The notes beneath the pieces are model-generated. The model did no database searches, was not told the DNA's origin, and was given only the letters and a program-made list of their open reading frames with translations. 64,000 bases of DNA from a virus (taxonomy: Duplodnaviria; Caudoviricetes): IMG/VR virus record IMGVR_UViG_3300037789_000055, positions 14,819 through 78,818 of that record; one strand, written 5' to 3'. Position numbers and translations under genes: made by a program. Of this stretch, positions 46,974-55,545 are shown in pieces; the first letter of the stretch is position 1; every line of letters begins with the position of its first letter.

Positions 46974-47676
46974 AGGACATCTCCTGGTCGGGGTCGGTTC
47001 TCAACGATCCCTTCGCCTTGAGACCCACCACCACCGGCGAGGGATCCAAGAAACGAAGGTCATGTTCATCGCCGTCAATCACGGGATACCCGAACAACTT
47101 CCCTTCCCTCTGGTCCGTGACGGCCGCGACGTTCATTCCGGCATCCAACACCTCCCGCGCCTGATGCTCATTCTTCTCGTGCAGAGAGAACGTCAGATGG
47201 TAGTTCGAGGGCCTCCCCCGAAACATCCGCTTGAAGTGCTTGGTGTAGTCGTAGAACTGTGTCTCCGGAAAATCACCCATGATTTCCGGAAATTGACGTT
47301 CCCACTGGATGTCGCTGAAAACGTTCAGACGGATCGCTGCGTCCTGGTTCCGCTGGATCTCCCCCAGGAGCTTGGTCATGAAGCCCTTTCGGTCACGGAA
47401 GAACCAGATGGTGCGGAAGATCCGGCCCATCTGGACCTGATGCCGAAACCCATGGCCAGAGGAGAAGATACAGTGCTGGGTACAGTTGGGAGACCGGGAG
47501 GCACAGACCTCGTGGCCTGAAACGTCCGCGGGGGCCAGGCTCAACCCCAACCCCCGCCAGTTGAATTTCTCGGCTTTGCGAAGCTTGACATTCTCAGCCG
47601 CCAGAAGTTTCTGAGGGCGCCAGCCAGCTTCGAACCTTGCCTCGGCTTCTTGCCGGGCGAGTGCGTATTTTTCCAT
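46936..47676 (-). CDS. GP88-family (gene product 88-like) protein, 246 aa
   Basis: CASRSPNCTQHCI Cys cluster, IRLNVFSDI, FYDYTK, YHLTFS and DGDEHDLRFLD. Confidence 0.75.
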   Translation of the reverse strand: MEKYALARQEAEARFEAGWRPQKLLAAENVKLRKAEKFNWRGLGLSLAPADVSGHEVCASRSPNCTQHCIFSSGHGFRHQVQMGRIFRTIWFFRDRKGFMTKLLGEIQRNQDAAIRLNVFSDIQWERQFPEIMGDFPETQFYDYTKHFKRMFRGRPSNYHLTFSLHEKNEHQAREVLDAGMNVAAVTDQREGKLFGYPVIDGDEHDLRFLDPSPVVVGLKAKGSLRTDPDQEMSYVTEIFKLPAAA

Positions 47677-47700
47677 ATGATCCTCTCGGATGAATGTGAG

Positions 47701-47982
47701 TCAGTGTGCGGCGGTCAGCGTCAGTGTTTCCGCCAGTTGGTTTCGATAGAAATTCATCTCCTTCCCATCCGCTTCCCGACCCAGTTTTATCTGCTCGGAG
47801 AAGACTTTGATGTACTCGTCGGTTTCCATAGGGGCCTTCGAGCGTAGAGCGGTGACGAGATACTCCAGCAGGAGGACCTCTGAAATTCCAAACCGTAGAG
47901 AGTGTTTGGTGCTGAGATTTCTGCTGGCAGAGATCAGTTCAGAGCTGACGTCAGCAAGCAGGGCATCCATGTCAAAATCCAT
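47701..47982 (-). CDS. Hypothetical protein, 93 aa
   Basis: ORF track. Confidence 0.5.
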   Translation of the reverse strand: MDFDMDALLADVSSELISASRNLSTKHSLRFGISEVLLLEYLVTALRSKAPMETDEYIKVFSEQIKLGREADGKEMNFYRNQLAETLTLTAAH

Positions 47983-48019
47983 ATTGACTTTAGATCATAG
48001 TCCTAGAGACTAGTCGATT

Positions 48020-48037
48020 GTCATTTCTGGAAATTGA
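48020..48037. promoter_or_regulatory. Operator-like palindrome, copy 6
   Basis: GTCATTTCTGGAAATTGA, overlapping the stop of 48021..48482. Confidence 0.5.
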
Positions 48038-48482
48038 CCACCCGTTGGATGAAGTCATCAAGGGGGAAACAGTCGACGATGTGCCACTCCAGCTGATACG
48101 TGTCGTCCCCTCGGGACTCGATCATGCCGGCGACCACCTGCTTTTCTGCATCATCGTATCCACTGGCCCAGACGATGTCGCCATAGGATCCCCCTTCCGG
48201 CCAGTCATCCCAGGTCATCGTGACGTAGTACCGGGTCAGCCCTTCCCGCTTCGGGGTCAGATCGTGCTCCTGGACCGTGATGCTGTCCATGAACCCCGCC
48301 TGCTCATAGAGGGCATTGGCGACGTCCTCCCACGGCTGGTTGAAGTCGACCACCGATCCATAGGTTGGTCTGTAGGCTTGGATCCATTCATCCGCGGCGA
48401 TTTGCAGCTCTTCCGAAGTCAGAAAAACATCCGAGGGTGGTGATCCGTTGTCGTCGTTGTAGGTCAGTGTCCAAATCTTCAT
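48021..48482 (-). CDS. Hypothetical acidic protein, 153 aa
   Basis: ORF track; coupled. Confidence 0.6.
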   Translation of the reverse strand: MKIWTLTYNDDNGSPPSDVFLTSEELQIAADEWIQAYRPTYGSVVDFNQPWEDVANALYEQAGFMDSITVQEHDLTPKREGLTRYYVTMTWDDWPEGGSYGDIVWASGYDDAEKQVVAGMIESRGDDTYQLEWHIVDCFPLDDFIQRVVNFQK

Positions 48483-48754
48483 TGTTCGTACTCCGCTGCG
48501 GCTGTGTATTCAGCCTGGATAATCTGGTCCCGGCCGAAGGCCGCGATCGCCATGTTCTCTCCCAGGAGGAGCCCTCCGAGCTTCAGCTCGATGAACTTGG
48601 CAGTGACGTAGGTTTCGGTACCCCTCCCCTCCCCCCAGGAGTAGGGCTCGGCCTCAGCCACCTCGACCTCAATGTCGAAGACCGCCGGCACCTCCTCCAA
48701 ATCACCGAAGGTGGTGGACAGTGGGATGTTGATCTCAACTCGTTCGGTCATCAT
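48479..48754 (-). CDS. Hypothetical acidic protein, 91 aa
   Basis: Start set at ATG 48754 (ATGA overlap). Confidence 0.55.
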   Translation of the reverse strand: MMTERVEINIPLSTTFGDLEEVPAVFDIEVEVAEAEPYSWGEGRGTETYVTAKFIELKLGGLLLGENMAIAAFGRDQIIQAEYTAAAEYEQ

Positions 48755-49332
48755 GGCAGGAGGTGTCCTCTGTTCAGTTTCTCCAGGACTTCTTTGACCA
48801 TCTCCTCGGGGGCGCCATCCTCCTGGATGAGGAGATGGTGGATCTCTTCCCACGAGGCGGGGGTCACCCAGGAAAGAAGGTTCTCGACCTGTTCCTCAAC
48901 TTCTTCGATGGTCCAGCCGCTGCTGGTTTCGAACTCAGGTATCTCCTCTGGAAACTCCTGATGGCTCTTGATCTTCGAGGCCGACCAGTGCCTGAGGTTT
49001 ACACAGGTGGGGCTCCCACATAGGGGGAGCATCCGATATTCGTAGTCCGGCTTCGTGACCAGTTGGAAAAGCAGACGGACAACGCTGATCTTCTTCTTCT
49101 GCCAGCGGATGACCGGCCGGGGCCGGTCGCGAGAGACCCGAGCGTAGGAGATATTGTTGTAGTCCCGGAACTTCCGGACCCGGTTCTTGTCCAGGGAGCC
49201 CTCCACCGTACCTGTCCAGAGCATGCACTCTAGGGGGAGGTCCTGGATCGACTTCTCCCCCTGAAGGACTTGCGTCAGGATGGGTGTGTTGGTCTTCTCG
49301 GCGAGTCGGGCAACCAGGGTTTCAAAGCGCAT
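48751..49332 (-). CDS. Hypothetical protein, 193 aa (His-Cys motif reminiscent of His-Me finger)
   Basis: ECMLWTG...LCGSPTCVNLRHW resembles a degenerate HNH/His-Me pattern. Confidence 0.5.
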   Translation of the reverse strand: MRFETLVARLAEKTNTPILTQVLQGEKSIQDLPLECMLWTGTVEGSLDKNRVRKFRDYNNISYARVSRDRPRPVIRWQKKKISVVRLLFQLVTKPDYEYRMLPLCGSPTCVNLRHWSASKIKSHQEFPEEIPEFETSSGWTIEEVEEQVENLLSWVTPASWEEIHHLLIQEDGAPEEMVKEVLEKLNRGHLLP

Positions 49333-49774
49333 TGTAGGCCTCCGTCAGCTTCTGACGGACCCCCTTGTACTTCTTCTCCAGGGCCCGTTGGACATGTCGG
49401 CTCAGGGTCAGCCACCGCTTCGGATCCAGGTTGTCCTGCTGATCGGCCAGTTTGACTTCAAGGGCCATGCGATTGCCAGAGTCACAGAGCCGTTGAATGT
49501 ACGCCGGATAGTCCATCTCCTTCTTGACATGGGTCAGGAGAAAGAGGGCATCGAGAACTCGCTCGGAGTACCCGATCGACCGCAGATATTCGAGGTCGAC
49601 ATGGGTGTCCTCGACGATGTCATGAAGCAGAGCCGTGGTGATATAGTCGGGGTCGTCAGTCACCAGATTCCGGGCCACTCTGATCGCGTGGTCAGCGAGA
49701 GGAACTTCTCCTCGGTCCTTCAGTCCTCCGAAAGCATGTCGGACAAGAAGAATGGTCTGTGCAAGATCAGGCAT
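49322..49774 (-). CDS. HD-domain (RelA/SpoT-type) small hydrolase, 150 aa
   Basis: DHAIRVA, ALLHDIVEDT and VKLADQQDN. Start set at ATG 49774. Confidence 0.82.
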   Translation of the reverse strand: MPDLAQTILLVRHAFGGLKDRGEVPLADHAIRVARNLVTDDPDYITTALLHDIVEDTHVDLEYLRSIGYSERVLDALFLLTHVKKEMDYPAYIQRLCDSGNRMALEVKLADQQDNLDPKRWLTLSRHVQRALEKKYKGVRQKLTEAYNAL

Positions 49775-50192
49775 CGGGTAGGTTCTCCCAGAGAATGATT
49801 TCAGCTTCGTCTTGAGGGCCAATCCAGTCGCTGTGATAAGGGGCAGAGCCGTCGTCATCACACTGGCAGGACCAGGTATCGGTCCAGGTTCGGTTCTCCT
49901 CATCGGCATAGAAATTCAGCCAGACGCAGGGGTTCCCACTGGTGTCCGTCTCCATTCCCCTCCAGGCCTCCCGGAGCATCAGGTCGGCTCTGGTTCGGCA
50001 CTTCGGAGCCGTCTCGTTCCTCTCCGACCACGAGACGTAGACATCCTGTGGGAGGTTGTCATCGTTCTCAAATTTCGAGGGATCATAGTTCTCCAGAGCC
50101 TCGGCCCGGGCCGAGGCTTCATCCTCGGCAACGATCGACAGGACCTGGCTCATCGTTACGTCAGTGGTGACGCAGACATCAAATCTCGGCAT
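49767..50192 (-). CDS. Hypothetical acidic protein, 141 aa
   Basis: ORF track; GGAGG RBS. Confidence 0.6.
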   Translation of the reverse strand: MPRFDVCVTTDVTMSQVLSIVAEDEASARAEALENYDPSKFENDDNLPQDVYVSWSERNETAPKCRTRADLMLREAWRGMETDTSGNPCVWLNFYADEENRTWTDTWSCQCDDDGSAPYHSDWIGPQDEAEIILWENLPDA

Positions 50193-50481
50193 TGGAGACC
50201 TCCCCTGCAGCCATTGAACTGCAGACGATCTGACCGGCCGTGGCCGGATCGATATCCAGTATGTACAGGTTCAGTCGATCTGCTTCATCCATGGCCTCGT
50301 CGTAGGACTCGACGGCGAAATGGGTTCCACTGATCGGGGTGTAACCAGGGATGTTGGCCTCAGCGACACACAGACCCCAGTGGTTCGAGTCCACCTGAGC
50401 CGCGCTGAAGGCGAACATCCGGCCCTGAAAGTTGTTCTGGACGTCAGTCACGACGTCCGGTCCAAGTTGGCGTTTCTTCAT
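50179..50481 (-). CDS. Hypothetical protein, 100 aa
   Basis: Start at ATG 50481 after the hairpin RBS ATATCC-GATGGA-GGATAT. Confidence 0.65.
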   Translation of the reverse strand: MKKRQLGPDVVTDVQNNFQGRMFAFSAAQVDSNHWGLCVAEANIPGYTPISGTHFAVESYDEAMDEADRLNLYILDIDPATAGQIVCSSMAAGEVSNAEI

Positions 50482-50507
50482 GATATCCTCCATCGGATAT
50501 TTTGGGA

Positions 50508-50876
50508 TTATCTCAGATGCTCCCGGCAATCGTTGACTGGGAGGTGGGGAAACTGCTCACACAGACTCGAGATGAGATGCCCTGCTTCTTCTTCGGAGAG
50601 GTGTTCACGCTCGAAGTAGGGATCTTCCCCTGCGGGAGAAATGTCGACGGCGTAGTGGTCGATCTCTGCAGCGGTATGTGCCAATGTGTATTCACCTGTC
50701 TCCAGGATATGCATGGGGTAGATATTGATCCCCATCGGTTTGAAAGCGAGATCGGCCAACTGGGCCATTCGCTGCAGCTGCTTCAGAGCGTATGCTCGAT
50801 CCCCATTTTCGTAGAGAGCAAGGAGTGCGTTGAGGACACCAGTCCAGTTGAACTGGAGAGAAACTGTATTATTCAT
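50508..50876 (-). CDS. Hypothetical protein, 122 aa
   Basis: ORF track; coupled. Confidence 0.55.
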   Translation of the reverse strand: MNNTVSLQFNWTGVLNALLALYENGDRAYALKQLQRMAQLADLAFKPMGINIYPMHILETGEYTLAHTAAEIDHYAVDISPAGEDPYFEREHLSEEEAGHLISSLCEQFPHLPVNDCREHLR

Positions 50877-51042
50877 CGCAGATCTCCATCAGGGTGCTAT
50901 CGACCTCCCAGATGTCGAGGTCATCGTCATTTTCCCCGTCGAGCTGGGCCTGAACGGTGGCTCTGGCCTCCTCCAGACTGTTGGCGGTGGTTCGGACGCT
51001 GTAGTAGAGCGTCTGTTGGAGACGTACATCGAATTCCATCAT
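50869..51042 (-). CDS. Hypothetical acidic protein, 57 aa
   Basis: Start at ATG 51042 after a hairpin RBS. Confidence 0.6.
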   Translation of the reverse strand: MMEFDVRLQQTLYYSVRTTANSLEEARATVQAQLDGENDDDLDIWEVDSTLMEICDE

Positions 51043-51043
51043 G

Positions 51044-51298
51044 TTATCCTCTGTCGGATTGATAGTCGTGGTCGTCGATCTCGATCCGATCTTCGTGGAT
51101 CTCGACGTTGAGGGGAGAGTCTGCCCCCTTGTGGTAGCAGTGGACCCGGATCCGACCATCCTCGTGTTCAATCCAGACGTGGGCGCCAGTTCCAAATCCG
51201 ATATCGATCCGATCGAATTGAGTGGTCACCTCGGCGGTGGTACTCTGGCCGTTGTCCTGCCAGTCTTCCAGGGTTCGGGCCTCAACTGTCATAGTCAT
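51044..51298 (-). CDS. Hypothetical protein, 84 aa
   Basis: GGAGG RBS before ATG 51298. Confidence 0.6.
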   Translation of the reverse strand: MTMTVEARTLEDWQDNGQSTTAEVTTQFDRIDIGFGTGAHVWIEHEDGRIRVHCYHKGADSPLNVEIHEDRIEIDDHDYQSDRG

Positions 51299-51521
51299 GG
51301 ACCTCCTCGGGCTCATCGTCGAGAACCTTGCCGACGGTCATGGCCGGGCTGAACGTGACAGCGGCCTCCAAGTGGGTATACGGTAGTCCGTCGAAGTCAT
51401 CGCTGTCGGCGTAGATCCCATCGTGCTCCAGGCCTTGGGCGATGATCAGAGCTTCTGCTTCGGTTTCAGCTTTCACATAGGCCGTTGCGTAGAGCTGGAC
51501 TTCAATCTGATAGAGTTTCAT
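51282..51521 (-). CDS. Hypothetical acidic protein, 79 aa
   Basis: Start set at ATG 51521. Confidence 0.55.
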   Translation of the reverse strand: MKLYQIEVQLYATAYVKAETEAEALIIAQGLEHDGIYADSDDFDGLPYTHLEAAVTFSPAMTVGKVLDDEPEEVHDYDS

Positions 51522-51801
51522 TGCACATATCTTTCCATTGTTGGACTTCGAAATCGAAGTGGGTAAGGGCCTCGGGAACGGGTCCAGGGGCTGTGGGTTC
51601 GAACGGAGCACAGGTGCCGGCGAAAGCCGTACCTTCAAAGACAGCGGGGCCGTTGCGTGTCAGCTCCGGTACATGGTCCACCAGAGCTTCGGCCAGGCAG
51701 TTGGCCAGGATCTCTGCCTGACGTTTCAGAAGGAGGTATTCTGGGCTTTCAGCCCAGTCCAAGATGTCCAGCATCTCGTCGATTTTCAGTAGGATGCTCA
51801 T
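51502..51801 (-). CDS. Hypothetical protein, 99 aa
   Basis: GAGG RBS; contains FAGTCAPF. Confidence 0.6.
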   Translation of the reverse strand: MSILLKIDEMLDILDWAESPEYLLLKRQAEILANCLAEALVDHVPELTRNGPAVFEGTAFAGTCAPFEPTAPGPVPEALTHFDFEVQQWKDMCNETLSD

Positions 51802-51816
51802 GCTGTGGTCCTCGCT

Positions 51817-52068
51817 TCAGTACAGGGAACGGTCATTCACCCTTTGGTCCAGGATCTTGAAGGTGAGGGGAATTGCCTCCCGATTGATCTCATCCCAGAC
51901 CTGTTCCTGGGTCTGGTAGAGGGGAGGCGAGTTGGCTTCATCAGCGTAATAGGCAGCGACTTCCCGGGACATGTGGTCCAGAGCCCCTTGTTCGTTTTCG
52001 AACGTGAGGATCCCCATCTCACCATCGTAGTAGACAGCGAGGATGATCGGTCTGAACATCTTCACCAC
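51817..52068 (-). CDS. Hypothetical protein, ~83 aa
   Basis: ORF track. Confidence 0.5.
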   Translation of the reverse strand: MVKMFRPIILAVYYDGEMGILTFENEQGALDHMSREVAAYYADEANSPPLYQTQEQVWDEINREAIPLTFKILDQRVNDRSLY

Positions 52069-52403
52069 CCCTCTGCTTTGATGTAGGCGTGGGCCACAGC
52101 CAGGAGTTCTTCCATCGGTTCGTGATCCGTGTAGTCGCAGATCACATGGCCTTCGTTGCCGTGGATCAGAGTGATGGACCCAAACCAGGACCGGTCGCAG
52201 TCGGAAATCCGAAGGATTGTAACGTCGGTCTGACCGATTTCACTCTGGAGAAGCTTTTTGTCCTGGGAGTAAACAACCACGTTTTCCTCGCCATCATTGA
52301 CCGAGATCAGGAGGTCTCGTTGGATGGCCGCGGTGAGGATGCGGTCGATGATCTCGCATTCGATGTCGGGGATCCAGTTGGGGAAGTGAGGGAATTTAGC
52401 CAT
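52062..52403 (-). CDS. Hypothetical protein, 113 aa
   Basis: ISVNDGEE...LIHGNEGHVICDYT, a recurrent small phage family. Confidence 0.6.
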   Translation of the reverse strand: MAKFPHFPNWIPDIECEIIDRILTAAIQRDLLISVNDGEENVVVYSQDKKLLQSEIGQTDVTILRISDCDRSWFGSITLIHGNEGHVICDYTDHEPMEELLAVAHAYIKAEGW

Positions 52404-52442
52404 CGGTGTAGGTCTCCTTGCAGGGTGATGTCATCGTGAGGG

Positions 52443-52760
52443 TCATCCATCTTCAATCACCTCGAAATCCACGATGGTTCTGGCCTCATGCATCAGGATG
52501 TCGATCGCAGCGATCCCCTTGCGGACAGGGGGATCGTTCTCGATCATTGCCTTGACGACATGAGGCCAGAAGTTGATGAGGACCCCATTGTCCAGGCGGG
52601 CCTGAACGTGCCAGGGGGCCACTTCAGGGGCGGGCTGAAAGAACTCAACCTCCCGGTACCGGTCCATGAACTGTTCGAACCACTGGACCTCTTCAGGACA
52701 GTGCTTCCAGTAGAGCTTCATGTCAGACGATCTTCTCGCTGAGAAGCTTTCGCAGTCCAC
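52443..52760 (-). CDS. Hypothetical protein, ~105 aa
   Basis: ORF track; the true start may be internal (MKLYWK). Confidence 0.55.
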   Translation of the reverse strand: MDCESFSARRSSDMKLYWKHCPEEVQWFEQFMDRYREVEFFQPAPEVAPWHVQARLDNGVLINFWPHVVKAMIENDPPVRKGIAAIDILMHEARTIVDFEVIEDG

Positions 52761-53274
52761 CCCCTCCGAGATTTGCCGGCTTCCGACACTTGGTGTCAGA
52801 GTCGGTCACTCGTCCAAAGTTCATCCCATGGATCACAAGATCCCCCCTCACGAGGGATCCCTCAGGAACTTCGAAGTGTATTGTACTGTTGCTGCCATCG
52901 AACTTGATCGCGATGGTGTAGGGGGTGACTTCGGTCAGGTCCTCGGGCTTGAAGGTCTTGGTCTCACCCGAGGGTTTGATTTCGAGGACCATCTCGCCGC
53001 GGCTGTTGCGGGCCAACAGAGTCCCAAAGTGGCCGTCCTTGGTTTCGTAAAGAGTGGGGGTGTTGTCTGACATAATAACCTCTTCTGGTTGGGGGTCGTA
53101 GTGGGTGAATTCGCTGAAATGGCGCCACTTGCACCGACCGTTGGCCCAGTGCATGGAGCTTTCGTATTTGAGCAGAGCCTGCTCCTGCTGCTCTCGGATC
53201 TTCATGATCTGTTGGGGGGATCTACCTGTGAGCAGCCTGACCCGGTCTCCGATGCGGAAATGGGTTACGGGCAT
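52723..53274 (-). CDS. Hypothetical protein, 183 aa, with two KOW/SH3-like parts and a possible internal start at 53073
   Basis: FRIGDRVRL and LVRGDLVIH; hairpin RBS before ATG 53073. Confidence 0.6.
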   Translation of the reverse strand: MPVTHFRIGDRVRLLTGRSPQQIMKIREQQEQALLKYESSMHWANGRCKWRHFSEFTHYDPQPEEVIMSDNTPTLYETKDGHFGTLLARNSRGEMVLEIKPSGETKTFKPEDLTEVTPYTIAIKFDGSNSTIHFEVPEGSLVRGDLVIHGMNFGRVTDSDTKCRKPANLGGGGLRKLLSEKIV

Positions 53275-53459
53275 TTTCTAGCCTCCCTGACCGCTTTCTC
53301 CAGGATCCTGACGGTGTAATCCTTTACGAAATCGGCTTTAGCCCAAAGATCCTCAGCCAGGACTCGATCAGACATGTTGTCCGTCGGGTAACCGTTATCT
53401 GCAGCGTTCTCGATCGCTTTGATAACATCTTGAACAAGGGGGTCAGTGCTCGATCGCAT
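53265..53459 (-). CDS. Hypothetical protein, 64 aa
   Basis: ORF track; coupled. Confidence 0.5.
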   Translation of the reverse strand: MRSSTDPLVQDVIKAIENAADNGYPTDNMSDRVLAEDLWAKADFVKDYTVRILEKAVREARKCP

Positions 53460-54159
53460 CTTGGGTACCCTCCAGGTTCAGCTCCGGGAGGCGTTCCCAG
53501 AAACCTTCGGGGATCGGGACATCATCACTGATACGGTGGTCGTAGATCGTGACCTCAGTGCCTCGGTACTGGATCGTGAGCCAGTCAGAGTCAGCGTAGG
53601 TGCAGGGTTGGACCGGGTAGCCGGCGGCTTCGGCCACCGAACGCTCCAGCCCGAAGCTGCAGTCGTCCTGCAGAAAGTAGTCCGGATCGATGACTTTGAA
53701 GAGCTTCGCGTCGGTGTAGCCGGATCGGACGTCACACCCACCATGGACCTGAAGCAGGACGTACTCCTCGTCGTTGATCTCGACCCGAGACCCCTGCAAC
53801 GTCTGGTCAAAGCAGTTGTCCCAGTTGTAGGTGTTCCAGGCATCTGCGACATCGGCGCCGATTGCGTTCAGAAATTCGTCATGCTCGGCCGTGATCCCCC
53901 AACACAGTTCGCCATCCCATGTCTCGTTCGGGATCGCGTTGAAGGCCCGGCAGACCACGTCCTCCTCAAGACAGGCGTCGAGGTGCTGGACAGTGTTGAC
54001 GGTGATCTCAGGCCAGTCGTACTTCGTGGACAGCTTGGCTTGGGGCTCGGCCGAAAAATCTCGACTGGCGTTGTGAGCGTAGGCCCTACCATAGATGCTC
54101 CCACTGTCGATGATCGAATGCGCCGTGGGTTCCACGAACATATGGGTCAAAGTGGTCAT
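53443..54159 (-). CDS. Hypothetical acidic protein, 238 aa
   Basis: Start at ATG 54159 after a hairpin RBS; DSGSIYGR and LQVHGGCDVRSGYTD motifs. Confidence 0.65.
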   Translation of the reverse strand: MTTLTHMFVEPTAHSIIDSGSIYGRAYAHNASRDFSAEPQAKLSTKYDWPEITVNTVQHLDACLEEDVVCRAFNAIPNETWDGELCWGITAEHDEFLNAIGADVADAWNTYNWDNCFDQTLQGSRVEINDEEYVLLQVHGGCDVRSGYTDAKLFKVIDPDYFLQDDCSFGLERSVAEAAGYPVQPCTYADSDWLTIQYRGTEVTIYDHRISDDVPIPEGFWERLPELNLEGTQDAIEH

Positions 54160-54190
54160 GTGATCCTCCATCGGATACAGTCTGTGGTTA

Positions 54191-54234
54191 CCTCCCGAAT
54201 TGATCGGGAGGCAAGTTTCATTTCTGGAAATCGA
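54191..54234. promoter_or_regulatory. Hairpin (54191-54211) plus operator-like palindrome copy 7 (54217-54234)
   Basis: CCTCCCGA-ATTGA-TCGGGAGG and TTCATTTCTGGAAATCGA. Confidence 0.55.
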
Positions 54235-54236
54235 TA

Positions 54237-54413
54237 TTAGTCGATGAACAGGAACCCGGGGCCGTTGCCTTCGGGGTCCTGGCTGATGGTCACTTCCTGA
54301 CCGTTGTCGAGGATCAGGACCGGGCACTCTCCGTACCAGTCCATTTCGTCTTTCTCATCCTGGGTCAGGTCACGGACGTCGGTGATGGTGCGGCCGATGA
54401 GTTCTTTGAACAT
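54237..54413 (-). CDS. Hypothetical protein, 58 aa
   Basis: MFKELIGRTITDVR...SQDPEGNGPGFL. Confidence 0.6.
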   Translation of the reverse strand: MFKELIGRTITDVRDLTQDEKDEMDWYGECPVLILDNGQEVTISQDPEGNGPGFLFID

Positions 54414-54432
54414 TTCAGAAGTCCTTTGGTTA

Positions 54433-54732
54433 TTAGTAGAGACAGAGGGGTAGCTCAGAGATGGCTTCGAGAGCCTCACCATAGGCAAAGGCCTCCTCGA
54501 AAGTTCCGAAGTCCCTGTCGAGCGCGTCAATGCTCGTGAAGGGTTCCGGTGATCCATCTCGGGGGTAGTTCGGGTAGTCAGCTCGGACCCAGACGTTCCA
54601 GCCGTCGCAGTTGGGACTGTCGTGGTCCTCGTGCTCCTGGCCGAGCATCGGCTTGCCGGTCTCCCGGCACAGGTTGTTGTCCTCGTCGAGGTTGACGAAG
54701 CCATGCAGTTCGATGGATGTGTAGATGATCAC
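54433..54732 (-). CDS. Hypothetical acidic protein, 99 aa
   Basis: GTG start at 54732 after GGAGG; GTGA overlap. Confidence 0.6.
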   Translation of the reverse strand: MIIYTSIELHGFVNLDEDNNLCRETGKPMLGQEHEDHDSPNCDGWNVWVRADYPNYPRDGSPEPFTSIDALDRDFGTFEEAFAYGEALEAISELPLCLY

Positions 54733-55148
54733 AGTCGTTCCTCCGAGGATGACTGATTGCAGATGTCTTCGAGCAGACACTGGGCATCGTTCAGCGTCTT
54801 GATGCCGCCCGATCCGGTTTCACTGTCCATCAGGTTGATGGCCTCACGCATCGGCATCAGGATCCCCTGCATGACCTTGTAGGTGGCCTCGAAGGTCTTG
54901 AAGTCCCCGATCGCCTGTGCCAGCCCATTGTTCCAGCGACCGTAAAGTGTCCAGAAGAGCGACTTGTGCCTGAGAGGGTCGAAGTATTCCTGAGCCTCGG
55001 CCAGAGCGGCCTTGGGGGTGCCGATGTAACATTCCCTCATCTGACACCAGACCTCACCGGTGAAGCTGTAGGTCTCTTCACCAGTGTCCACGCAGCAGCG
55101 GATCTCATAGTAGTCGAAGTAGGGGGCCGGTTCAGGACATTCGGACAT
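54729..55148 (-). CDS. Hypothetical protein, 139 aa
   Basis: Contains FWTLYGR...QAIGDF; coupled. Confidence 0.6.
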   Translation of the reverse strand: MSECPEPAPYFDYYEIRCCVDTGEETYSFTGEVWCQMRECYIGTPKAALAEAQEYFDPLRHKSLFWTLYGRWNNGLAQAIGDFKTFEATYKVMQGILMPMREAINLMDSETGSGGIKTLNDAQCLLEDICNQSSSEERL

Positions 55149-55545
55149 AGTAATCTCCAGACTTGGTGTAGTCGGCTTTCAGATCTGCAGCCGCGGCGTC
55201 CCAGTCGATCCGGTTCAGAGGCCAGGTCGCTAGTGGGTCGATTGCCCCGATATCCTCGGCCAGCTGTTCCGTGTACTGAACGAAGTAGTCCTCGTGGATG
55301 AGGGCCTCACCACCGGTCCAGTCGCAGTAGCCTTCCAGCTCATCCCGGAGTTCCCGGAGGTCCTGCAGTTCGATCCGGTCGTCGTAATCGAGACCAGACT
55401 CATCGCAGGCCTTCTGCGCCGCCTCAGCGGCCGACATGGTGGGAAAGTAGGCGTCAAAGAGTTCCTGGTACTCCTCCTCCGTCTCGGTCAGTTCGTCGAT
55501 CCGTTGTTGAACATCACGGGTGTCCAGAATATCGGGGCCTAGCAT
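55132..55545 (-). CDS. Highly acidic ArdA-like antirestriction / DNA-mimic candidate, 137 aa
   Basis: About 36 Asp+Glu versus about 10 Lys+Arg by hand count. C-terminal IDWDAAAADL resembles the ArdA (F/I)DYEAxARDL motif. Confidence 0.6.
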   Translation of the reverse strand: MLGPDILDTRDVQQRIDELTETEEEYQELFDAYFPTMSAAEAAQKACDESGLDYDDRIELQDLRELRDELEGYCDWTGGEALIHEDYFVQYTEQLAEDIGAIDPLATWPLNRIDWDAAAADLKADYTKSGDYYVRMS

